Position numbers and translations under genes: made by a program
Origin: Eledone cirrhosa
Lineage: Eukaryota
Direction: 5' to 3'
Assembly: GCA_964016885.1 (NCBI GenBank)
Contig: OZ024741.1
Span: 24,118,001 to 24,182,000, forward strand
Length of the DNA stretch: 64,000 bases
The notes under the pieces: model-generated
Databases searched by the model: none
What the model was told of the DNA's origin: nothing
What the model saw: the letters and a program-made list of their open reading frames with translations, nothing else
Shown: in pieces, positions 15,096-26,012 of the stretch
Numbering within the stretch: the first letter of the stretch is position 1
Layout of the letters: each line of letters starts with the position of its first letter

Positions 15096-15330
15096 TTCTG
15101 TCTCTTCTTCCTGCCTTTTGTACAGATACTACAATGGCCTCTGCTCCTTGGAGCAGGCTGGCATTGCACAGCTTTCACTGATATTCCTGCCACATTCGAT
15201 TCACCTACATTGTGTCCAGTATTCCAGGCCTGATGCTAACCCATATGATCAGTCTTTCCTCCCTATATGTCATTATTCTGAAATTCATTCCCTGCCAACA
15301 TCTTTCATGCAGGAGTCAACTTGCAATAAT
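15070..15330 (+). mobile_element. Degenerate LINE ORF2 C-terminus (CR1/L2/Jockey-group)
   Basis: Across a frameshift it reads TLQPLSH..VSSSCLLYRYYNGLCSLE...HCVQYSRPDANPYDQSFLP..HSLP. This matches the LINE ORF2 end pattern LQPLSHRRxVxSLxLFYRYY..CSxEL...SFFPxTxxxWNxLP. Confidence 0.7.
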
Positions 15331-15823
15331 TTCAATTGAACATAAACAATATGTTTCAGAGGTGCTGCAAAGGTCATCAGTACAGCCCCCTTCTTCCATA
15401 TCTAACCCCCCCAAAAAAGAAAAAGAAAACAAACATGAAAATTGTTAATTTAAATTTATACCATTTAGTGTATATATATGTGTGTGCGTATGTCTGTTTG
15501 AATGAGAATGTTTGATATTGTATGTGCACTACAGAAATATATTTTCTCTCTTTTTTTTTTAATAAAATAATTTATGTACCCCCCCCCCCCCCATTTTTCA
15601 GATTTCCCCCCTGCTTTTACTCCAACTCTTCCCCACTTATTAAATGTTGCTAATTTATCTCTGCCAAAATTTTATTTTAAATGGTAGCATTCCTGTAATA
15701 ATTTCTTTATACATTAAAAAACATTATACATGACAAAAAAAGTACATTACCAGAAATGAAGCAGAAAGTGAGGAACAAAATTTTGTTATATAAAAATGAG
15801 AGGAGACATAGAAACCTGTACAA

Positions 15824-15995
15824 CATCATCATCATCATCATCATTTTACGTCCGCTTTTCCCTGCTTGCAAGGGTGGGACGAGAACTGATTCTGGCTTGA
15901 TTTCTACAGCTGGATGCCCTTCCTAACACCAACCTCATTTACAGTGAGTGCTGGGTGCTTTTTTTCCGTGGCGCCTACACATCCACTTTACAGTG
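15824..15995 (-). mobile_element. RTE-LINE/SINE 3' end fragment with (CAT)n tail
   Basis: (CAT)n-TTTACGTCC...GGATGCCCTTCCTAACACCAACC-TCATTTACAGTG, shared with many copies in the window. Confidence 0.75.
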
Positions 15996-16024
15996 GAATG
16001 ATAGGAACCTCAGTCCCTATCATC

Positions 16025-16167
16025 TCATTTCTACAGCTGAGTAAACTGGAGCAATGCGAAATAAAGTGTCTTGCTCAAGGAAACAACACATCACCCGGTC
16101 TGAGAATTGAACTCACAACTTTTCGATTGCAAGGCCAATGCTCTAACCACTAAGCCATGTGCCTCCA
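16025..16167 (-). mobile_element. tRNA-derived SINE (head plus core)
   Basis: Reverse complement reads GGAGGCACATGGCTTAGTGGTTAGAGCATTGGCC...GTGAGTTCAATTC (Pol III A and B boxes), then CCTTGAGCAAGACACTT. Confidence 0.75.
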
Positions 16168-16171
16168 TTAA

Positions 16172-16204
<33 letters not shown>

Positions 16205-16207
<3 letters not shown>

Positions 16208-16722
16208 TCATCATCGTTTAACGTCCATCTTCCACGCTAGCATGGGTCTGGACGGGAATTGTCCCACTTGAGGCAAGATTGGTTGTCTTGCTCAGGACTG
16301 TCTGGCAAGTTTTCTATGGCTGGATGCCCTTCCTAACACCAACCACGTTTAGAGTATGCACTGGGAGGTTTTTACCGTGTTATCTACACGGCCACATTAC
16401 AGCGTGGACTGTTTTTTTTTGTCGTGACACCTACACGACCTCATTTATTTAGGACTGGATGTTGTGGTACCAACATAACTTTACATCGAAAGGGGTGGTG
16501 TAGATGGGGGTAGTGGGACGGGGTTGTATTTTGGTTAAGAGGAACCCACTGACTAGGTTTCGCTTTGTACTTAGGCAAGACGGGTCTTCTGTATTACTGC
16601 GTAGCGCCAAAGATCTCGGTCTAGTGACATTGTCTTGGAGAGGTGTGTGTGAGGTCGGAATTTATCAAGTCGTCCCAGGTTTTTCTGGGTCTGCCTACTC
16701 CGTAGCTCCCGTCTAGTTTGAT
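16205..16722 (-). mobile_element. RTE LINE 3' fragment (ORF end, 3'UTR, (CAT)n)
   Basis: Colinear with 28208-28770, e.g. GGGTCTTCTGTATTACTGC and GTCGTCCCAGGTTTTTCTGGGTCT. It abuts the Helitron at 16725. Confidence 0.8.
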
Positions 16723-16724
16723 TG

Positions 16725-17391
16725 TCTATATATATATAAAAAGTTGTAGTTCTTGTCTATTTGTTTGTTTGTTCACGAACTCCTCCTATGGTTTTGGAGA
16801 TAGACCCCCCCCCCCCCCCATAATCATATATATTCTGAACCTACATTGCCCAGGGTACTTGGATAAGTATATTTCATTTTTATCAAAGGGTTCTCTGGGG
16901 ACACAAACCCCCACTGAAAATTTTTCCCCTTAGATTTATATGAAATTTAAACCATAGGTAAATGACAAGATATGATGTGTATTCACAAAATTTCAGCAAA
17001 TTTCAAAGATATTCAGACACCCTAATGGGGGTTAAACCCCTATTAGGGTTCTCCGAGGACACAAACCCCCACTGAAAATGTTTTCCCTTCGATTTATATG
17101 AAATTTAAACCATAGGTAAATGACAAGATATGATGCCTATTCTCAAGTTTTGATTTGATATTTAAAAAAAAATTATTTACAAGAAACAAAATAAGAATAA
17201 GATTTAATAATGTAATTTTGATTTGATATATTACAAAAAATGTTTTCCAATTTTTCATGCATTACATTTTCCATTGAGTAATATTGAAATGCAGAGTTTT
17301 TCTCCATAAATTATATCACTGATTTAAAATCAATCATTTTCTTACAAAAAAAAATGTGTGAAACGCAGCAAGGCGTGGGTAATTCGGCTAG
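16725..17391 (+). mobile_element. Non-autonomous Helitron-like element
   Basis: 5' end TCTATATATATATAAA. 3' end GC-rich subterminal GCAGCAAGGCGTGGGTAATTCGG-CTAG followed by T. No TSD. Internal ~90-bp direct repeat at 16887-16977 and 17045-17135. Confidence 0.7.
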
Positions 17392-17699
17392 TATATATAT
17401 AAAAGATCATGTACTATTACATAATTTCTGTCTAAAAATTCTGCTCACAAGGTGTTGGTCAATAGAAGACTTTTATCCATGGTCTTTCATAGTGGGATCA
17501 AATTCAGACCCCTGTGGTTGTGAAACAGGTTTCCTAGTCACATAACCATACCTGCACTCTTGGTTAAATTGTTTTTTAATTACTTTTGTGGAAATTATTT
17601 GTAGAGTTAAATCTTTCGCTCATTAAATTTTTCAATGTAGCCATTTTTTTGCTTTTTTCTTCTTGCTTTAATGTTTTTGGTTTAACCTTTTCATGATTG

Positions 17700-18960
17700 T
17701 TGTTTCACGTTTCTTGCTAGTCATCGTTTCACGTTTCTTCCCAGTCATCATTTCATGTCTTTTCCCAGTCATCATTTCATGTCTCTTCCCAGTCATCATT
17801 TCACATCTGTCTCTTCCTAGTCATTTCACATCTGTCTCTTCCCAGTCATCATTTCACATCTGTCTCTTCCCAGTCATCATTTCACATCTGTCTCTTCCCA
17901 GTCATCATTTCACATCTGTCTCTTCCCAGTCATCATTTCACATCTGTCTCTTCCCAGTCATCATTTTACATCTGTCTCTTCCCAGTCATCATTTTACATC
18001 TGTCTCTTCCCAGTCATCATTTCACATCTGTCTCTTCCCAGTCATCATTTCACATCTGTCTCTTCCCAGTCATCATTTCACATCTGTCTCTTCCCAGTCA
18101 TCATTTCACATCTGTCTCTTCCCAGTCATCATTTCACATCTGTCTCTTCCCAGTCATCATTTCACATCTGTCTCTTCCCAGTCATCATTTCACATCTGTC
18201 TCTTCCCAGTCATCATTTCACATCTGTCTCTTCCCAGTCATCATTTCACATCTGTCTCTTCCCAGTCATCATTTCACATCTGTCTCTTCCTAGTCATTTC
18301 ACATCTGTCTCTTCCCAGTCATCATTTCACATTTGTCTCTTCCCAGTCATCATTTCACATCTGTTTCTTCCCAGTCATCATTTCACATCTGTTTCTTCCC
18401 AGTCATCATTTCACATCTGTTTCTTCCCAGTCATCATTTCACATCTGTTTCTTCCCAGTCATCATTTCACGTCTCTTCCCAGTCATCATTTCACGTCTCT
18501 TGCCAGTCATCGTTTCACGTCTCTTGCCAGTCATCGTTTCACGTCTCTTGCCAGTCATCGTTTCACGTCTCTTGCCAGTCATCGTTTCACGTCTCTTGCC
18601 AGTCATCGTTTCACGTCTCTTGCCAGTCATCGTTTCACGTCTCTTGCCAGTCATCGTTTCACGTCTCTTGCCAGTCATCGTTTCACGTCTCTTCCCAGTC
18701 ATCGTTTCACGTCTCTTCCCAGTCATCGTTTCACGTTTCTTTCCTGTCATCGTTTCACGTTTCTTTCCTGTCATCGTTTCACGTTTCTTCCCAGTCATTG
18801 TTTCATGTTTCTTCCCTGTCATCGTTTCACGTTTCTTCCCAGTCATCGTTTCACGTTTCTTCCCAGTCATCGTTTCACGTTTCTTCCCAGTCATCGTTTC
18901 ACGTTTCTTCCCAGTCATCGTTTCACGTTTCTTCCCAGTCATCGTTTCACGTCTGTCTCT
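17700..18960. repeat. 24/28-bp minisatellite
   Basis: 28-bp CCCAGTCATCATTTCACATCTGTCTCTT block (~17790-18460), flanked by 24-bp CCCAGTCATCGTTTCACGTTTCTT-type blocks. Confidence 0.96.
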
Positions 18961-20910
18961 TCCATGCTGGTATGGGTTTATCATATTTCTAGTGAAAGAC
19001 ATTACTTATGTTTTTCAATTTTGAAAAGAATAATTTGAAAAAATTTTGGTAAAATAGCTTTTTCATTATTTATCTGGTGTTTGGAACATAACATAGAATG
19101 ATGATGAAAAGTATTTAGATGAATATAAACATGTTAAAACAGTTTTGTATCCTGGAACTGTGGGTGGTTTCAGGTGGATAGGTATCAAAAGTATTAAATT
19201 TTGATGAGTAAGTTTCATAACACTTATATTGTTGCTTGCCATTAGTACTTAAATTAGGTTGTAAAGTTAGTCATGTGAAGTCAGTCAATTAGTGTCTGTA
19301 GAAGTATAGTCTGTGTAAATGTAAAAATACTTGCTGTAGTTTTCTCTTTTTTTTTTTTTTTAAAAGATTGTGCATTGTTATTCTTAGTAATAGTGCAAGA
19401 TTAGATTATGATTAATTTTGTAGTTAATTACTTAGCTGTATTAAGTATGACTTTGTGCACTTGAACTTACAAATGTTTGACGAGTAAAGCTTAACTAATT
19501 AGCTATAATCTTCACAACAGATGTATACAAAACTTGTTAGAATGACTGCTCAATTAATTCTAGCAACATTTCCCCATATGTTCTGTTGAATGTCTCATGA
19601 GAAAGGTGTGTGTAGGTGTTGACATGTAAATATTAACAGTTTATACTATCCCTACCTCATTGATATAAGCCCCGGCAGAATCCTAAATGCAAACTACTTC
19701 ATGGTCCCAGCAAACAGAAGAGAGGAATTGTTGCCCAGAAGCATGGATGATTGAGAAACTGAGTATAACAGGAATCCAATATAGTGTGCAAAACAGAAGA
19801 CTGCACTAGTATGGTCATGTGATGTGTATGGATGATGACCATTGGTTGAAGAAATTGCCATATCTCTCGGATACCAGCTAAATGCTTTAATAATTAAGCT
19901 AAAGGACCATGACAACCTTTTAAGGGTCTTCACCCTATTTTATAAGCTGTTTTATAGCACTTGAGCACATCATCCTTTACATATATTTATATATATTCTC
20001 AGCACTTAAAAGTCCAAAAATTTGGTTTAAGTACAAAATTATAATTATTTCATTTAAATATTAATCTATGATAAAATAAAGAAATGAGGACCCCCCCCCT
20101 CCAAAAAAAAAAAGGTAGCTTCTCTGATATCTTATGTCCCAGTTGAAGATAATATAACATAACTTACACAAAATAATTGTTTATAATGAAAAAAGAAACA
20201 TCTATATTTTGTTTCTTTTTCTTTGCTATGTGAATATTCAAGTATCACATATAAAATTATCAAAATAAACTTCTGCATTTAAGAATAAACATATCCTGTT
20301 TAGAAAAGATATGTGACTGAAAATAGAAACATTTTGACAGAGTAACTTTGTAACACAAATCTGACCATTAGAAGATCTGTCATTATTGGTTGATAGGAGA
20401 GGTTTGTTTTTAGCCAAAGATAAACTCATCAAGTAGCAAAGGGTGTAACCTATAAGTGTTGTGTGTGTGTGTTTGTGTGTTTGTGTATATATATATATAT
20501 ATGAGAGAGAGAGGGGTCACAGCTAAACTTGATAAAAATTTAAGAAGAAACGGGCTGTGTAGTTGCTGGATAAGGTGTACTTATAAATAAGAGGAAAGCA
20601 CAAACGGGAGACAATTTTCCTTCATCAGTTGTCTGCTGGGGATCATAGATATTTCTACGCATTAAAGACAAGATATCTAACCCCAGTGCGTCAATATCTA
20701 AAGGAAGTTATTGGGGAAAAAAAGGCAGAGAGAGAGAAAATATATAACAGAAAGGAAAAGGAAAAAAAAAAAAAACTGAAAAAAAAATCGGGAAACAACA
20801 AACCGAAGAGAGAAACCCGAAGCACGTGTGTGAGCAACTCGAAGAGAGAGAAAAAAAAAATTAAAGTCAACATCAACTACTGAACTTAAGTCAGGGGCTG
20901 TGTGGATGAG

Positions 20911-20952
<42 letters not shown>

Positions 20953-20953
<1 letters not shown>

Positions 20954-21126
20954 CCACACTGTAAATGTGGTTGGTGTTAGGAAGGGCATCCAGCCGTAGA
21001 AAACCTGCCAGATAGTCCTATATGAGCGAGACACGGTCACCCGACCAGCCTTGCTTCAAGTGGGACAACTCCCGTCTAACCCATGCTAGCGTGGAAAATG
21101 GACGTTAAACGAAGATGATGATGATA
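20953..21126 (+). mobile_element. RTE-type 3' end fragment
   Basis: GGTTGGTGTTAGGAAGGGCATCCAGCC...CCCATGCTAGCGTGGAAAATGGACGTTAAAC-(GAT)n. Confidence 0.8.
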
Positions 21127-21278
21127 TATATATATGTTTATATATATATGTATAATTAGTACAGATTAAAGTTTAGGCAAACAATTTCTGCTTTCACCCT
21201 ATTCTGGGATCTTCTGAAATTCAGAATACAGTCCTTATTGAGCTCTCTTTGGATTTTGGTTTTTGTAATTGTTATTAC

Positions 21279-21550
21279 TCATCATCATCACTGTTTTACG
21301 TCCATTCTTCCACACTAACATGGGTTAGATGGGTTGTCTTGTGGGCCATGTTAGGCCGGGTGACCATACAGGAATTGATTTTGGCTTGATTAAGTTGGAT
21401 GCCCTTCCTAACACCAACCTCATTTACAGTGAGTGCTGGGTGCTTTTTTTCGTGGCGCCTACATGACCACTTTACAGTGTGGGCTGGGTGCTTTTTGTCA
21501 TGATACCTCAACAACCACTTTGCAGTGGGAGGGGATGGGGGCATATTGTC
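21279..21550 (-). mobile_element. RTE-type 3' end fragment
   Basis: (CAT)n tail, GGATGCCCTTCCTAACACCAACC core and CCACTTTACAGTGTGG subrepeats. Confidence 0.8.
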
Positions 21551-22261
21551 TATATGCTTCAGGTCTTCTATTTATATATATATAGTATAAAGTTTCATAC
21601 ACTTAACACATGCTACCATTGGTTTCGGAGTTGAATCATGACCACCAATGTATATTGTAGCAGGCACTTTTTAACTAGCCCTTCATTCGAGCACTTGATT
21701 TATATAATTGTTTATATATGCATGTTTGTGTATGTATATAAAACATTGTAAATCTTGGTTCTTTAACTGTTTCATTATTATATTTCTAGTAGATTGGTGG
21801 TGGATTGACAGAATTGGTAGTGTCGGACAATATGCTTTGCAGCATAGTTTTGGCCCTTTACTTCCACAAACATTGTGACTGAGATACATTTGTTTCCCTA
21901 CAATTGCCAGCAGTGATGAGCTATTATTAGAAATTTCTTGGAGTTATCAGCTCTTTTGTTTTGAGATTATTTTCAACTGACATGGAGTTGGATTAACCGT
22001 TCTTTTCCCTCACGCTCTTCCAGAATAACACATCCAATCCCCTCACTCTCCTCCACAGTAACACATTTGCAAAGGACATGGGATGTTAGCATTATCAATG
22101 AATTTTTTTTTATTGTTACAAATTTGTTTTAAAATTTTATATTCTTTTGTCTAAAAGCAAATATATCTAGCTTCTTTATACCCCCCCCTCTCTCTCTCTC
22201 CAATATGACACAGCTTTATCACATTAAAGTTGGCATTTTTTGTGGTGTAAAACGGCTGGAA

Positions 22262-22289
22262 AGTGTCTGTCTCTGTCTGTCTCTGTCTG

Positions 22290-22326
<37 letters not shown>

Positions 22327-22334
22327 GTCTGTCT
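22262..22334. repeat. (CTGT)n-type microsatellite
   Basis: Visible directly in the sequence. Confidence 0.9.
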
Positions 22335-22454
22335 GGTGGAGAGCAATGGTTGTGGTGGTGATTGCATGTCTTTATGGAAAGGGAATAAGAGAGAACAGGG
22401 TCAGTTTCAAGTGATTTGGTACCAAAAGTGTTGATGATATTACTGCTGTCTTGG

Positions 22455-22760
22455 TTTGTGCATATTGTTGGACAATATGCCCCCACACCCTCCCACTGCA
22501 AGGTGGTCGTGGAGGTGCCACGGCAAAAAGTACCCAGCCCACACTGTAAAGTGGGTGGACGTGTAGGTGCCACGAAAAAGCACCCAGCACTCACTGTAAA
22601 TGAGGTTGGTGTTAGGAAGGGCATCCAGCTGTAGAAATCAAGCCAAATCAGTTCTTGTATGAGCAAGGCATGGTCAGCCAACCAGACACTGCCTACAACA
22701 GGACAACCCGTCTAACCCATGCTAGCGTGGAAGAACGGACGTAAAACGGTGATGATGATG
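22455..22760 (+). mobile_element. RTE-type 3' end fragment
   Basis: Closely similar inverted copy of 21279-21550. Ends GGACGTAAAACGGT(GAT)n. Confidence 0.8.
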
Positions 22761-22837
22761 AAAGGTTGGGTGAAATGAGAATGAAGCTGTAGTTGAATCA
22801 ACTTCTATTTCTATTGTTCTGATCCATGAGCAAATCA

Positions 22838-23015
22838 CAGTATCGGTAGAGGGTCGGACGCCATGCTTTCCAGCATAGTTACGTCCCTTTACGATCTGAG
22901 TTCAAATCCCGCTGAGGTTGACTTTGCCTTTCATCCTTATGGGGTCGATAAAATAAAGTACCACTAATGCACTGAGTAATTGCTGGCCTTGTGCCTAAAG
23001 TAGAAACAATTATTT
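22838..23015 (+). mobile_element. tRNA-related SINE
   Basis: GAGTTCAAATCC B-box, core GAGGTTGACTTTGCCTTTCATCC..GGGGTCGATAAAATAAAGTACCA and tail GCTGGCCTTGTGCCTAAAGTAGAAACAATTATT. Further copies at 31833 (-), 41034 (-) and 23697 (tail only). Confidence 0.85.
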
Positions 23016-23769
23016 CTAAATCAGTTGACCTATTTAAGGTATATAGAAAATGTGACCCAGAAAATAATATACATTTTATTTTACAGGAAATGAGTCATAA
23101 GATATTTGTAACTTTACTTTCAGTTACACATATTAACAATTTTGACATTGAGCTGTAAGTCTTCTAAGTATATTATGATAATTCCCTTACTCACCATGAA
23201 GCTAAAATGAAGCTTTTTTCTGATTCTCTAAGTTATGTTGAAATATGTACTTACTTGGGCTGTATAATTTATTTTGTGTTGTGTGGTTTCCTGTCTTTTT
23301 TTTTCACATGAGTCAGTTGCTGGTTGACATTGAATTTACTTGGCTTCTTATCTCTTCAAACCAACTTTTCCATTAGATGGTGGCGGATATTAAACTTTCA
23401 CTTCAATACCATTTGATGTGGGCAGTTTTATCAAAAAGGAATTTAAAATCATCCCCTTTTTTAGTGCTTTTAGCACCGTGGCCTTTTTGACTGTCTAGCA
23501 AAAAAAAAAAAAATCTCAAACCATTATAGTTGACAGCTTCCTTTTAGAGAATGTCAGTACCTCATTCATTTGTGAAGCTGGTAAACAATTATACATTGTA
23601 AGCTGTTTTAATAGTTTATTATACATTATTCTATGTACTATACATGCACCTTTGATAAGTTGTAGTGCACTGTACACAATAATTTTCATTATTATATGTA
23701 CTGGGTAATTGCTGGCCTTGTGCCTAAAGTAGAAACAATTATTATATTTTCATTAAACATTTGTGTTAT

Positions 23770-24520
23770 AGGCCATCACTAAGTGTTGCACATTGTGTTG
23801 AAAAAATGTTTGGATTGTTCAACCAATCACAAACAGCATGATAATGTAATCGACCAATAGTAATAGTCATATTGTGGGTCTTGTCAGAAGCAACTGTTTC
23901 CAACTGATCCAGCTGGATCTCCAAGTGATACCAGTTCATCTCATAGATGTTATCCAACCATCTTGCTTGGGGTCTAATCTTGGATCCCCTACTGGCTGGT
24001 TTTGCCTGTAAAATCTGTCCAATTCTTTCTTGAGACATTCTAACCACATGCCTATAGTATTGGAGCTGTGATCTTTCAATTCAGAGAAGTAGTGGCTCTA
24101 TCTGGAGTGACTCTCTGATCTCTGCACTCTATTGAGAAACGTTACTCCAAAGACCCTCTGGAGAAACCCCATTTTGGCCACTTGTATTTGCAATCATATT
24201 TTTTCGGTCATTACCCAAGATTCATGACCATAGGTAAGCGTTGACACAAATACCAAATTGAAGATAGCATGTTTGACTTTTATACCTACCTCCCTTCTTA
24301 TAATTACAGAATGCATTACTGCACCAAGCTCCTGCAATTTTTCACTTAATTCAGCCTCCTAATTTCCATCACTTGTGAACATGGCCCCAAGATACTTGAA
24401 CTTCTCCACCTGATTCAGTGGAACTCCATTCACATGTAGTGCACTACAGAAAGACGAGTGTCTCAGTTTTCACAGCACTGATTTTCATTCCAGCCATGCA
24501 GCATTCGGCTTCAAACCTAT
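23770..24520 (-). mobile_element. Decayed RTE-clade LINE ORF2 (Rex3/Expander-like)
   Basis: Minus-strand fragments VPLNQVEKFKYLG, VSTLTYGHESWVMTEN and HVVRMSQERI..RPQARWLDNI. Confidence 0.75.
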
Positions 24521-24537
24521 CAAATGTTAGTGTCTCT

Positions 24538-25088
24538 GACTTAATTAGCAGCGAAGGAGGGAGCTCTAAGAGCATAATAGCTAGAATGATAGAGAGCTAC
24601 TCCCACTGATGACAAAATGTTTCTCCCTGCATACAAAAGGACTGTACGACACCTGTGTGTGAAGTGCAATGCTGCATGGTAGTGAAACATGGACAGTGAC
24701 TGCAGAAGATATGCGTAGGCTGGAGAGAAATGAAGCAGCCATGCTTCATTGGATGTGCAATGTGTGAGAGAAAGGCAGAGCTTGGAGGAACTGAGGGAGA
24801 AACTGGGTTTAAGACGAATTAAGTGTGCAGGAGAGAAGACTGTATTGATACAGACATATGGTGCTCATGGACGATGACCAATGGGTGAAGAGTGTCAGGA
24901 AATGCCAGTGTAAGGAAGCCACAGTAGAGGTAAACTGAGAATGACGAGCAAAGGTAGTGAGAGCTGACCTCAAATTGCTGAGACTCGCAGTGGAGATGAC
25001 AAAGAAACACAGTGAGTGAAGAGATGCTATGCTGAGGACCCATCCAACCCATGCAAGTGGAAAAACGGACATAAAACCGATGATGATA
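24538..25088 (+). mobile_element. Decayed RTE LINE 3' part
   Basis: Reads DLISSEGGS..., LYDTCV*SAMLHGSETW, RLERNEAAMLHWMCNV. Ends CCCATGCAAGTGGAAAAACGGAC...(GAT)n. Confidence 0.8.
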
Positions 25089-25607
25089 CACACTCACACA
25101 CACACACTACAATGACTAAAGACTGTTTATAATTTGAATTCAGCACCCTCATCCTTCATAAGACTTGCTGAAATATAAAGTAAAATTTCTACCTGAAAAG
25201 TCTCGTGAAAGATGAAAACACTAGACTTAAATCATAAACTGTTTCACCGGCTGTTTCAATTTAAAGTTATGGTTTGAGAAAATATGCAAACTAAAAAATC
25301 TTGTGTCGGCAATATCTCAATGTAGACTGAAAGGAATATGATATTGAAACTGGGGTTGGTGTTAACTCTTAACCCTTTAGCATTTAAACCAGCTGTATCC
25401 AGCCATAATTCTCTCGCATCCTTCTGTTAACTCTCCAATGAATGCTTTAAATATGTTGATCATGTGAAGTTACTAGAAAACTAAAAATAACTTTGTTAAA
25501 ACATCACCAGATACACTCATAAATTTGTTTGTTTGTAATAATGCAGCTTTCTCTGTTTATTGTTCGTCTATATAATTTATGTAATAATGCAGCTTACTCT
25601 TTATTGT

Positions 25608-26012
25608 TCATCACCATCATCATTTAGCGGCTATTTTCCACACTTGCATGCATTAGACGGGTTGTTTCATTTGAGGCAAGCCAGGTCAGGTGACCGTTTC
25701 TTGGTCATATAGAACTGTTTCTAGCTTAGTTTCTATGGCTGCATGCCCTTCCTAACACCAACCACTTTACAGTGTGGGTTGGGTGCTTTTTGTCGTGATA
25801 CCAACATGACCACTTTATAGTGTGGAATGAATACTTTTTTTGTGACTCCTACACGACCACTTTACAATGTGTGCTGGATGCTTTTTGTCATGATACTTAC
25901 ATGACCACTTTACAGTGTGGGCTGGGTGCTTTTTGGTGCAACACCTACACAACCACTTTACAGTGTGTGTGTTGGGTGTCTTATTGTGTCACTGTAACAA
26001 CCACTTTATAGT
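25608..26012 (-). mobile_element. RTE-type 3' end with expanded ~48-bp subrepeat
   Basis: (CAT)n tail and core, followed by about 5-6 copies of CCACTTTACAGTGTG...ACACGA. Confidence 0.75.

Noticed and set aside
13121-15233. 686-aa and 617-aa repetitive ORFs, and SD-repeat-like minus-strand ORFs
   Set aside because: The 39-bp unit is open in several frames on both strands and has frameshifting 1-nt and 4-nt deletions. It is better explained as a LINE-derived minisatellite than as an adhesin or mucin.
16095-16167. Possible tRNA gene
   Set aside because: The A/B boxes run into a SINE core and I could not form a complete cloverleaf, so it is treated as a SINE head.
17693-19038. 443-aa and 187-aa (RETMTGKK)n ORFs
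   Set aside because: Translations of the minisatellite.
20629-20883. Lys-rich 84-aa ORF
   Set aside because: It is produced by poly-A/AG tracts, has a non-ATG start and shows no recognisable domain.
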